Source: Eledone cirrhosa
Lineage: Eukaryota
Reading direction: 5' to 3'
DNA length: 64,000 nt
Assembly (NCBI GenBank): GCA_964016885.1
Contig: OZ024752.1
Coordinates: forward strand, 21,824,001-21,888,000
Shown here: positions 40,810 to 53,800 of the stretch, piece after piece
How positions within the stretch are numbered: position 1 is the first letter of the stretch
How the letters are laid out: every line of letters begins with the position of its first letter
The notes under the pieces: generated by a model
The model's input: only the letters and a program-made list of their open reading frames with translations
Databases searched by the model: none
Told to the model about the DNA's origin: nothing
Position numbers and translations under genes: made by a program

Positions 40810-43800
40810 GGTGTGAGGTGTTGTGTATATGTAACTAAAACATGGTCTATTGGTCAATGAGGGTGGTGTGAGGTGTTGTGTATATGTAACTTAAACATGG
40901 TCTATTGGTCAATGAGGGTGGTGTGAGGTGTTGTGTATATGTAACTAAAACATGGTCTATTGGTCAATGGGGGTGGTGTGAGGTGTTGTGTATATGTAAC
41001 TAAAACATTGTCTATTGGTCAATGACAGTGGTGTGAGGTGTTGTGTATATGTAACTAAAACATGGTCTATTGGTCAATGAGAATGGTGTGAGGTGTTGTG
41101 TATGTGTAACTAAATCATTATATATTGGTCAATGAGAGTGGTGTGAGGTGTTGTCTATATGTAACTAAAACATGCTCTATTGGTCAATGAGGGTGGTGTG
41201 AGGTGTTGTGTATGTGTAACTAAAACATGGTCTATTGGTCAATGAGAATGGTGTGAGGTGTTGTGTATATGTAACTAAAACATGCTCTATTGGTCAATGA
41301 GGGTGGTGTGAGGTGTTGTGTATGTGTAGCTAAAACATGGTCTATTGGTCAATGACAGTGGTGTGAGGTGTTGTGTATATGTAACTAAAACATGCTCTAT
41401 TGGTCAATGAGGGTGGTGTGAGGTGTTGTGTATATGTAACTAAAACATTGTCTATTGGTCAATGAGAGTGGTGTGAGGTGTTGTGTATGTGTAACTAAAT
41501 CATTGTCTATTGGTCAATGAGAGTGGTGTGAGGTGTTGTCTATATGTAACTAAAACATGGTCTATTGGTCAATGAGTGTGGTGTGAGGTGTTGTGTATGT
41601 GTAACTAAATCATTGTCTATTGGTCAATGAGAGTGGTGTGTGGTGTTGTGTATATGTAAGTAAAACATGGTCTATTGGTCAATCAGAATATTGTGAGGTG
41701 TTGTGTATATGTAACTAAAACATGGTGTATTGGTCAATGAGGGTGGTGTGAGGTGTTGTGTATATGTAACTAAAACATGTTCTATTGGTCAATGACATTG
41801 GTGTGAGGTGTTGTGTATATGTAACTAAAACATGGTCTATTGGTCAATGAGAATGGTGTGAGGTGTTGTGTATGTGTAACTAAAATATGGTCTATTGGTC
41901 AATGCGAGTGGTGTGAGGTGTTGTGTATATTTAACTAAAACATGGTCTATTGGTCAATGAGAGTGGTGTGAGGTGTTGTGTTTATGTAACTAAAATATGA
42001 TCTATTGGTCAATTAGGGTGGTGTGAGGTGTTGTGTATATGTAACTAAAACATGCTCTATTGGTCATTGAGAGTGGTGGGAGGTGTTGTGTATATGTAAC
42101 TAAAACATGGTCTATTGGTCAATGAGGGTGGTGTGAGGTGTTGTGTATATGTAACTAAAACATGGTCTATTGGTCAATGGGAGTGGTGTGGGGTTTTGTG
42201 TATATGTAACTAAAACATGGTCTATTGGTCAATGTGGGGGTGTGAGGTTTTGTGTATGTGTAACTAAAACATGGTCTATTGGTCAATGAGGGTGGTGTGA
42301 GGTGTTGTGTATGTGTAACTAAAACATGGTCTATTGGTCAATGAGTGTGGTGTGAGGTGTTGTGTATATGTAACTAAAACATGGTCTATTGGTCAATCAG
42401 AATATTGTGAGGTGTTGTGTATATGTAACTAAAACATGGTCTATTGGTCAATGAGGGTGGTGTGAGGTGTTGTGTATATGTAACTAAAACATGGTCTATT
42501 GGTCAATGAGTGTGGTGTGAGGTTTTGTGTATGTATAACTAAAACATGGTCTATTGGTCAATGAGTGTGGTGTGAGGTGTTGTGTATGTGTAACTAAAAC
42601 ATGGTCTATTGGTCAATGAGAATGGTGTGAGGTGTTGTGTATATGTAACTAAAACATGGTCTATTGGTCAATGAGTGTGGTGTGAGGTTTTGTGTATATG
42701 TAACTAAAACATGGTCTATTGGTCAATGAGAATGGTATGAGGTGTTGTGTATATGTAACTAAAACATGGTCTATTGGTCAATGAGGGTGGTGTGAGGTGT
42801 TGTATATATGTAACTAAAACATGGTCTATTGGTCAATGTGGGGGGTGTAGGGTGTTGTGTATATGTAACTAAAACATGGTCTATTGGTCAATGAGAGTGG
42901 TGTCAGGTATTGTGTATATGTAACTAAAACATGGTTTATTGGTCAATGAGAATGGTGTGAGGTGTTGTGTATATGTAAATTAAAACATGGTCTATTGGTC
43001 AATGAGAATGATGTGAGGTGTTGTGTATGTGTAACTATAACATGGTCTATTGGTCAATGAGGGTGGTGTGAGGTGTTGTGTATATGTAACTAAAACATGG
43101 TCTATTGGTCAATGACAGTGGTGTGAGGTGTTGTGTATATGTAACTAAAACCTGGTCTATTGGTCAATGAGAGTGGTGTGAGGTGTTGTGTATGTGTAAC
43201 TAAAACATGGTCTATTGGTCAATGAGAGTGGTGTGAGGTGTTGTATATATGTAACTAAAACATGGTCTATTGGTCAATGTGGGGGGTGTAGGGTGTTGTG
43301 TATATGTAACTAAAACATGGTCTATTGGTCAATGAGAGTGGTGTCAGGTATTGTGTATATTTAACTAAAACATGGTTTATTGGTCAATGAGAATGGTGTG
43401 AGGTGTTGTGTATGTGTAACTAAAACATGATCTATTGGTCAATGGGAGTGGTGTGAGGTGTTGTGTATATGTAACTAAAACATGATCTATTGGTCAATGA
43501 GAATGGTGTGAGGTGTTGTGTATATGTAACTAAAACATGGTCTATTGGTCAATGACAGTGGTGTGAGGTGTTGTGTATATGTAACTAAAACATGTTCTAT
43601 TGGTCAATGACAGTGGTGTGAGGTGTTGTGTATATGTAACTAAAATATGGTCTATTGGTCAATGAAACTGGTCTGAGGTGTTGTGTATATGTAACTAAAA
43701 CATGGTCTATTGGTCAATGAGAGTGGTGTGAGGTGTTGTGTATATGTAACTAAAACATGGTGTATTGGTCAATGAGAGTGGTGTGAGGTGTTGTGTATAT

Positions 43801-46800
43801 GTAACTAAAAAATGTTTATTGGTCAATGAGAATGGTGTGAGGTGTTGTGTATATGTAATTAAAAAATGTTTATTGGTCAATGAGAATGGTGTGAGGTGTT
43901 ATGTATATGTAACTAAAACATGATCTATTGGTCAATGAGAGTGGTGTGAGGTGTTGTGTATATGTAATTAAAAAATGTTTATTGGTCAATGAGAATGGTG
44001 TGAGGTGTTGTGTATATGTAACTAAAACATGGTATATTGGTCAATGAGGGTGGTGTGAGGTCTTGTGTATATGTAACTAAAACATGTTCTAATGGTCAAT
44101 GTGAGTGGTGTGAGGTGTTGTGTATATGTAACTAAAACATGGTGTATTGGTCAATGGGAGTGGTGTGAGCTGTTGTGTATATGTAACTAAAACATGGTCT
44201 ATTGGTCAATGAGGGTGGTGTGAGGTGTTGTGTATATGTAACTAAATCATGGTCTATTGGTCAATGACAGTGGTGTGACGTGTTGTGTATATGTAACTAA
44301 AACATTGTCTATTGGTCAATGAGAGTGGTGTGAGGTCTCGTATATATGTAACTTAAACATGGTCTATTGGTCAATGAGAGTGGTGTGAGGTGTTGTGTAT
44401 ATGTAACTGAAACATGGTCTATTGGTCAATGACAGTGGTGTGAGGTGTTGTGTATATGTAACTAAAACATGTTCTGTTGGTCAATGAGAGTGGTGTGAGG
44501 TGTTGTGTATATGTAACTAAAACATTGTCTATTGGTCAATGAGAGTGGTGTGAGGTGTTGTGTATATGTAACTAAAACATTGTCTATTGTTCAATGAGAG
44601 TGGTGTGAGGTGTCGCGTATATGTAACTTAAACATGGTCTATTGGTCAATGAGAGTGGTGTGAGGTGTTGTGTATATGTAACTTAAACATGGTCTATTGG
44701 CCAATGAGAGTGGTGTGAGGTGTTGTGTATATGTAACTAAAACATGGTCTATTGGTCAATGAGAGTGGTGTGAGGTGTTGTGTATATGTAACTTAAACAT
44801 GGTCTATTGGTCAATGAGAGTGGTGTGAGGTGTTGTGTATATGTAACTTAAACATGGTCTATTGGTCAATGGGAGTGGTGTGAGGTGTTGTGTATATGTA
44901 ACTAAAACATGGTCTATTGGTCAATGAGTGTGGTGTGAGGTGTTGTGTATGTGTAACTTAAACATGGTCATTTGGACAATGGGGAATGGTGTGAGGTGTT
45001 GTGTATATGTAACTAAAACATGGTCTATTGGTCAATGAGAGTGGTGTGTGGTGTTGTGTATATGTAACTAAAACATGGTCTATTGGTCAATCAGAATATT
45101 GTGAGGTGTTGTGTATATGTAACTAAAACATGGTGTATTGGTCAATGAGGGTGGTGTTAGGTGTTGTGTATATGTAACTAAAACATGTTCTATTGGTCAA
45201 TGACATTGGTGTGAGGTGTTGTGTATATGTAACTAAAACATGGTCTATTGGTCAATGAGAATGGTGTGAGGTGTTGTGTATGTGTAACTAAAACATGGTC
45301 TATTGGTCAATGAGGGTGGTGTGAGGTGTTGTGTATATGTAACTAAAACATGGTCTATTGGTCATTGAGAGTGGTGGGAGGTGTTGTGTATATGTAACTA
45401 AAACATGGTCTATTGGTCAATGGGAGTGGTGTGAGGTGTTGTGTATATGTAACTAAAACATGGTCTATTGGTCAATGAGTGTGGTGTGAGGTTTTGTGTA
45501 TATGTAACTAAAACATGGTCTATTGGTCAATGTGGGGGGTGTGAGGTGTTGTGTATGTGTAACTAAAACATGGTCTATTAGTCAATGAGGGTGGTGTGAG
45601 GTGTTGTGTATATGTAACTAAAACATGGTCTATTGGTCAATGAGTGTGGTGTGAGGTTTTGTGTATGTGTAACTAAAACATGGTCTATTGGTCAATGAGG
45701 GTGGTGTGAGGTGTTGTGTATATGTAACTAAAACATGGTCTATTGGTCAATGAGTGTGGTGTGAGGTTTTGTGTATGTGTAACTAAAACATGGTCTATTG
45801 GTCAATGAGTGTGGTGTGAGGTGTTGTGTATATGTAACTAAAACATGGTCTATTGGTCAATGAGGGTGGTGTGAGGTGTTGTGTATATGTAACTTAAACA
45901 TGGTCTATTGGTCAATGAGGGTGGTGTGAGGTGTTGTGTATATGTAACTAAAACATGGTCTATTGGTCAATGGGGGTGGTGTGAGGTGTTGTGTATATGT
46001 AACTAAAACATTGTCTATTGGTCAATGACAGTGGTGTGAGGTGTTGTGTATATGTAACTAAAACATAGTCTATTGGTCAATGAGAATGGTGTGAGGTGTT
46101 GTGTATGTGTAACTAAATCATTATATATTGGTCAATGAGAGTGGTGTGAGGTGTTGTCTATATGTAACTAAAACATGCTCTATTGGTCAATGAGGGTGGT
46201 GTGAGGTGTTGTGTATGTGTAACTAAAACATGGTCTATTGGTCAATGAGAATGGTGTGAGGTGTTGTGTATATGTAACTAAAACATGCTCTATTGGTCAA
46301 TGAGGGTGGTGTGAGGTGTTGTGTATGTGTAGCTAAAACATGGTCTATTGGTCAATGACAGTGGTGTGAGGTGTTGTGTATATGTAACTAAAACATGCTC
46401 TATTGGTCAATGAGGGTGGTGTGAGGTGTTGTGTATATGTAACTAAAACATTGTCTATTGGTCAATGAGAGTGGTGTGAGGTGTTGTGTATGTGTAACTA
46501 AATCATTGTCTATTGGTCAATGAGAGTGGTGTGAGGTGTTGTCTATATGTAACTAAAACATGGTCTATTGGTCAATGAGTGTGGTGTGAGGTGTTGTGTA
46601 TGTGTAACTAAATCATTGTCTATTGGTCAATGAGAGTGGTGTGTGGTGTTGTGTATATGTAAGTAAAACATGGTCTATTGGTCAATCAGAATATTGTGAG
46701 GTGTTGTGTATATGTAACTAAAACATGGTGTATTGGTCAATGAGGGTGGTGTGAGGTGTTGTGTATATGTAACTAAAACATGTTCTATTGGTCAATGACA

Positions 46801-49800
46801 TTGGTGTGAGGTGTTGTGTATATGTAACTAAAACATGGTCTATTGGTCAATGAGAATGGTGTGAGGTGTTGTGTATGTGTAACTAAAATATGGTCTATTG
46901 GTCAATGCGAGTGGTGTGAGGTGTTGTGTATATTTAACTAAAACATGGTCTATTGGTCAATGAGAGTGGTGTGAGGTGTTGTGTTTATGTAACTAAAATA
47001 TGATCTATTGGTCAATTAGGGTGGTGTGAGGTGTTGTGTATATGTAACTAAAACATGCTCTATTGGTCATTGAGAGTGGTGGGAGGTGTTGTGTATATGT
47101 AACTAAAACATGGTCTATTGGTCAATGAGGGTGGTGTGAGGTGTTGTGTATATGTAACTAAAACATGGTCTATTGGTCAATGGGAGTGGTGTGGGGTTTT
47201 GTGTATATGTAACTAAAACATGGTCTATTGGTCAATGTGGGGGTGTGAGGTTTTGTGTATGTGTAACTAAAACATGGTCTATTGGTCAATGAGGGTGGTG
47301 TGAGGTGTTGTGTATGTGTAACTAAAACATGGTCTATTGGTCAATGAGTGTGGTGTGAGGTGTTGTGTATATGTAACTAAAACATGGTCTATTGGTCAAT
47401 CAGAATATTGTGAGGTGTTGTGTATATGTAACTAAAACATGGTCTATTGGTCAATGAGGGTGGTGTGAGGTGTTGTGTATATGTAACTAAAACATGGTCT
47501 ATTGGTCAATGAGTGTGGTGTGAGGTTTTGTGTATGTATAACTAAAACATGGTCTATTGGTCAATGAGTGTGGTGTGAGGTGTTGTGTATATGTAACTAA
47601 AACATGGTCTATTGGTCAATGAGTGTGGTGTGAGGTTTTGTGTATGTGTAACTAAAACATGGTCTATTGGTCAATGAGAATGGTGTGAGGTGTTGTGTAT
47701 ATGTAACTAAAACATGGTCTATTGGTCAATGAGTGTGGTGTGAGGTTTTGTGTATATGTAACTAAAACATGGTCTATTGGTCAATGAGAATGGTATGAGG
47801 TGTTGTGTATATGTAACTAAAACATGGTCTATTGGTCAATGAGGGTGGTGTGAGGTGTTGTATATATGTAACTAAAACATGGTCTATTGGTCAATGTGGG
47901 GGGTGTAGGGTGTTGTGTATATGTAACTAAAACATGGTCTATTGGTCAATGAGAGTGGTGTCAGGTATTGTGTATATGTAACTAAAACATGGTTTATTGG
48001 TCAATGAGAATGGTGTGAGGTGTTGTGTATATGTAAATTAAAACATGGTCTATTGGTCAATGAGAATGATGTGAGGTGTTGTGTATGTGTAACTATAACA
48101 TGGTCTATTGGTCAATGAGGGTGGTGTGAGGTGTTGTGTATATGTAACTAAAACATGGTCTATTGGTCAATGACAGTGGTGTGAGGTGTTGTGTATATGT
48201 AACTAAAACCTGGTCTATTGGTCAATGAGAGTGGTGTGAGGTGTTGTGTATGTGTAACTAAAACATGGTCTATTGGTCAATGAGAGTGGTGTGAGGTGTT
48301 GTATATATGTAACTAAAACATGGTCTATTGGTCAATGTGGGGGGTGTAGGGTGTTGTGTATATGTAACTAAAACATGGTCTATTGGTCAATGAGAGTGGT
48401 GTCAGGTATTGTGTATATTTAACTAAAACATGGTTTATTGGTCAATGAGAATGGTGTGAGGTGTTGTGTATGTGTAACTAAAACATGATCTATTGGTCAA
48501 TGGGAGTGGTGTGAGGTGTTGTGTATATGTAACTAAAACATGATCTATTGGTCAATGAGAATGGTGTGAGGTGTTGTGTATATGTAACTAAAACATGGTC
48601 TATTGGTCAATGACAGTGGTGTGAGGTGTTGTGTATATGTAACTAAAACATGTTCTATTGGTCAATGACAGTGGTGTGAGGTGTTGTGTATATGTAACTA
48701 AAATATGGTCTATTGGTCAATGAAACTGGTCTGAGGTGTTGTGTATATGTAACTAAAACATGGTCTATTGGTCAATGAGAGTGGTGTGAGGTGTTGTGTA
48801 TATGTAACTAAAACATGGTGTATTGGTCAATGAGAGTGGTGTGAGGTGTTGTGTATATGTAACTAAAAAATGTTTATTGGTCAATGAGAATGGTGTGAGG
48901 TGTTGTGTATATGTAATTAAAAAATGTTTATTGGTCAATGAGAATGGTGTGAGGTGTTATGTATATGTAACTAAAACATGATCTATTGGTCAATGAGAGT
49001 GGTGTGAGGTGTTGTGTATATGTAATTAAAAAATGTTTATTGGTCAATGAGAATGGTGTGAGGTGTTGTGTATATGTAACTAAAACATGGTATATTGGTC
49101 AATGAGGGTGGTGTGAGGTCTTGTGTATATGTAACTAAAACATGTTCTAATGGTCAATGTGAGTGGTGTGAGGTGTTGTGTATATGTAACTAAAACATGG
49201 TGTATTGGTCAATGGGAGTGGTGTGAGGTGTTGTGTATATGTAACTAAAACATGGTCTATTGGTCAATGAGGGTGGTGTGAGGTGTTGTGTATATGTAAC
49301 TAAATCATGGTCTATTGGTCAATGACAGTGGTGTGACGTGTTGTGTATATGTAACTAAAACATTGTCTATTGGTCAATGAGAGTGGTGTGAGGTCTCGTA
49401 TATATGTAACTTAAACATGGTCTATTGGTCAATGAGAGTGGTGTGAGGTGTTGTGTATATGTAACTGAAACATGGTCTATTGGTCAATGACAGTGGTGTG
49501 AGGTGTTGTGTATATGTAACTAAAACATGTTCTGTTGGTCAATGAGAGTGGTGTGAGGTGTTGTGTATATGTAACTAAAACATTGTCTATTGGTCAATGA
49601 GAGTGGTGTGAGGTGTTGTGTATATGTAACTAAAACATTGTCTATTGTTCAATGAGAGTGGTGTGAGGTGTCGCGTATATGTAACTTAAACATGGTCTAT
49701 TGGTCAATGAGAGTGGTGTGAGGTGTTGTGTATATGTAACTTAAACATGGTCTATTGGCCAATGAGAGTGGTGTGAGGTGTTGTGTATATGTAACTAAAA

Positions 49801-50875
49801 CATGGTCTATTGGTCAATGAGAGTGGTGTGAGGTGTTGTGTATATGTAACTTAAACATGGTCTATTGGTCAATGAGAGTGGTGTGAGGTGTTGTGTATAT
49901 GTAACTTAAACATGGTCTATTGGTCAATGGGAGTGGTGTGAGGTGTTGTGTATATGTAACTAAAACATGGTCTATTGGTCAATGAGTGTGGTGTGAGGTG
50001 TTGTGTATGTGTAACTTAAACATGGTCATTTGGACAATGGGGAATGGTGTGAGGTGTTGTGTATATGTAACTAAAACATGGTCTATTGGTCAATGAGAGT
50101 GGTGTGTGGTGTTGTGTATATGTAACTAAAACATGGTCTATTGGTCAATCAGAATATTGTGAGGTGTTGTGTATATGTAACTAAAACATGGTGTATTGGT
50201 CAATGAGGGTGGTGTTAGGTGTTGTGTATATGTAACTAAAACATGTTCTATTGGTCAATGACATTGGTGTGAGGTGTTGTGTATATGTAACTAAAACATG
50301 GTCTATTGGTCAATGAGAATGGTGTGAGGTGTTGTGTATGTGTAACTAAAACATGGTCTATTGGTCAATGAGGGTGGTGTGAGGTGTTGTGTATATGTAA
50401 CTAAAACATGGTCTATTGGTCATTGAGAGTGGTGGGAGGTGTTGTGTATATGTAACTAAAACATGGTCTATTGGTCAATGGGAGTGGTGTGAGGTGTTGT
50501 GTATATGTAACTAAAACATGGTCTATTGGTCAATGAGTGTGGTGTGAGGTTTTGTGTATATGTAACTAAAACATGGTCTATTGGTCAATGTGGGGGGTGT
50601 GAGGTGTTGTGTATGTGTAACTAAAACATGGTCTATTAGTCAATGAGGGTGGTGTGAGGTGTTGTGTATATGTAACTAAAACATGGTCTATTGGTCAATG
50701 AGTGTGGTGTGAGGTTTTGTGTATGTGTAACTAAAACATGGTCTATTGGTCAATGAGGGTGGTGTGAGGTGTTGTGTATATGTAACTAAAACATGGTCTA
50801 TTGGTCAATGAGTGTGGTGTGAGGTTTTGTGTATGTGTAACTAAAACATGGTCTATTGGTCAATGAGTGTGGTGT
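40810..50875. repeat. Tandem block duplication, period ~5003-5058 bp (91-92 monomers)
   Basis: TCATTATATATT at 41115/46118 (offset 5003) and GGTCTCGTA at 44334/49392 (offset 5058). The first copy lacks one monomer near 42570. Confidence 0.92.
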
Positions 50876-53800
50876 GAGGTTTTGTGTATATGTAACTAAA
50901 ACATGGTCTATTGGTCAATGAGAATGGTATGAGGTGTTGTGTATATGTAACTAAAACATGGTCTATTGGTCAATGAGTGTGGTGTGAGGTTTTGTGTATG
51001 TGTAACTAAAACATGGTCTATTGGTCAATGAGAATGGTGTGAGGTGTTGTGTATATGTAACTAAAACATGGTCTATTGGTCAATGAGTGTGGTGTGAGGT
51101 TTTGTGTATATGTAACTAAAACATGGTCTATTGGTCAATGAGAATGGTATGAGGTGTTGTGTATATGTAACTAAAACATGGTCTATTGGTCAATGAGAGT
51201 GGTGTGAGGTGTTGTGTATATGTAACTAAAACATGGTCTATTGGTCAATGAGAGTGGTGTGAGGTGTTGTGTATATGTAACTAAAACATGGTCTATTGGT
51301 CAATGAGGGTGGTGTGAGGTGTTGTGTATGTGTAACTAAAACATGGTCTATTGGTCAATGACAGTGGTGTGAGGTGTTGTGTATATGTAACTAAAACATG
51401 GTCTATTGGTCAATGAGGGTGGTGTGAGGTGTTGTGTATGTGTAACTAAAACATGGTCTATTGGTCAATGAGAGTGGTGTGAGGTGTTGTATATATGTAA
51501 CTAAAACATGGTCTATTGGTCAATGTGGGGGGTGTAGGGTGTTGTGTATATGTAACTAAAACATGGTCAAGTGGTCAATGAGGGTGGTGTCAGGTATTGT
51601 GTATATGTAACTAAAACATGGTCTATTGGTCAATGACAGTGGTGTGAGGTGTTGTGTATATGTAACTAAAACATGGTCTATTGGTCAATGAGAGTGGTGT
51701 CAGGTATTGTGTATATGTAACTAAAACATGGTTTATTGGTCAATGAGAATGGTGTGAGGTGTTGTGTATGTGTAACTAAAACATGATCTATTGGTCAATG
51801 GGAGTGGTGTGAGGTGTTGTGTATATGTAACTAAAACATGGTCTATTGGTCAATGAGAATGGTGTGAGGTGTTGTGTATGTGTAACTAAAACATGATCTA
51901 TTGGTCAATGGGAGTGGTGTGAGGTGTTGTGTATATGTAAATTAAAACATGGTCTATTGGTCAATGAGAATGGTGTGAGGTGTTGTGTATGTGTAACTAA
52001 AACATGGTCCATTGGTCAATGAGGGTGGTGTGAGGTGTTGTGTATATGTAACTAAAACATGGTCTATTGGTCAATGAGAGTGGTGTGAGGTGTTGTGTAT
52101 GTGTAACTAAAACATGGTCTATTGGTCAATGAGAGTGGTGTGAGGTGTTGTATATATGTAACTAAAACATGGTCTATTGGTCAATGTGGGGGGTGTAGGG
52201 TGTTGTGTATATTTAACTAAAACATGGTCTATTCATCAATGAGACTGGTCTGAGGTGTTGTGTATATGTAACTAAAACATGGTCTATTGGTCAATGAGAA
52301 TGGTGTGAGGTGTTGTGTATATGTAACTAAAACATGGTCTATTGGTCAATGACAGTGGTGTGAGGTGTTGTGTATATGTAACTAAAACATGTTCTATTGG
52401 TCAATGACAGTGGTGTGAGGTGTTGTGTATATGTAACTAAAACATGTTCTATTGGTCAATGACAGTGGTGTGAGGTGTTGTGTATATGTAACTAAAACAT
52501 GGTCTATTGGTCAATGAGACTGGTCTGAGGTGTTGTGTATATGTAACTAAAACATGGTCTATTGGTCAATGAGAGTGGTGTGAGGTGTTGTGTATATGTA
52601 ACTAAAACATGTTCTATTGGTCAATGACAGTGGTGTGAGGTGTTGTGTATATGTAACTAAAACATGGTCTATTGGTCAATGAGACTGGTCTGAGGTGTTG
52701 TGTATATGTAACTAAAACATGGTCTATTGGTCAATGAGAATGGTGTGAGGTGTTGTGTATGTGTAACTAAAACATGGTCTATTGGTCAATGAGGGTGGTG
52801 TGAGGTGTTGTGTATATGTAACTAAAACATGGTCTATTGGTCATTGAGAGTGGTGGGAGGTGTTGTGTATATGTAACTAAAACATGGTCTATTGGTCAAT
52901 GGGAGTGGTGTGAGGTGTTGTGTATATGTAACTAAAACATGGTCTATTGGTCAATGAGTGTGGTGTGAGGTTTTGTGTATATGTAACTAAAACATGGTCT
53001 ATTGGTCAATGTGGGGGGTGTGAGGTTTTGTGTATGTGTAACTAAAACATGGTCTATTGGTCAATGAGGGTGGTGTGAGGTGTTGTGTATGTGTAACTAA
53101 AACATGGTCTATTGGTCAATGAGTGTGGTGTGAGGTCTTGTGTATATGTAACTAAAACATGGTCTATTGGTCAATGGGAGTGGTGTGAGGTGTTGTGTAT
53201 ATGTAACTAAAACATGGTCTATTGGTCAATGAGGGTGGTGTGAGGTGTTGTGTATATGTAACTAAAACATGGTCTATTGGTCAATGAGTGTGGTGTGAGG
53301 TTTTGTGTATGTGTAACTAAAACATGGTCTATTGGTCAATGAGGGTGGTGTGAGGTGTTGTGTATATGTAACTAAAACATGGTCTATTGGTCAATGAGTG
53401 TGGTGTGAGGTTTTGTGTATGTGTAACTAAAACATGGTCTATTGGTCAATGAGTGTGGTGTGAGGTTTTGTGTATATGTAACTAAAACATGGTCTATTGG
53501 TCAATGAGAATGGTATGAGGTGTTGTGTATATGTAACTAAAACATGGTCTATTGGTCAATGAGTGTGGTGTGAGGTTTTGTGTATGTGTAACTAAAACAT
53601 GGTCTATTGGTCAATGAGAATGGTGTGAGGTGTTGTGTATATGTAACTAAAACATGGTCTATTGGTCAATGAGTGTGGTGTGAGGTTTTGTGTATATGTA
53701 ACTAAAACATGGTCTATTGGTCAATGAGAATGGTATGAGGTGTTGTGTATATGTAACTAAAACATGGTCTATTGGTCAATGAGAGTGGTGTGAGGTGTTG

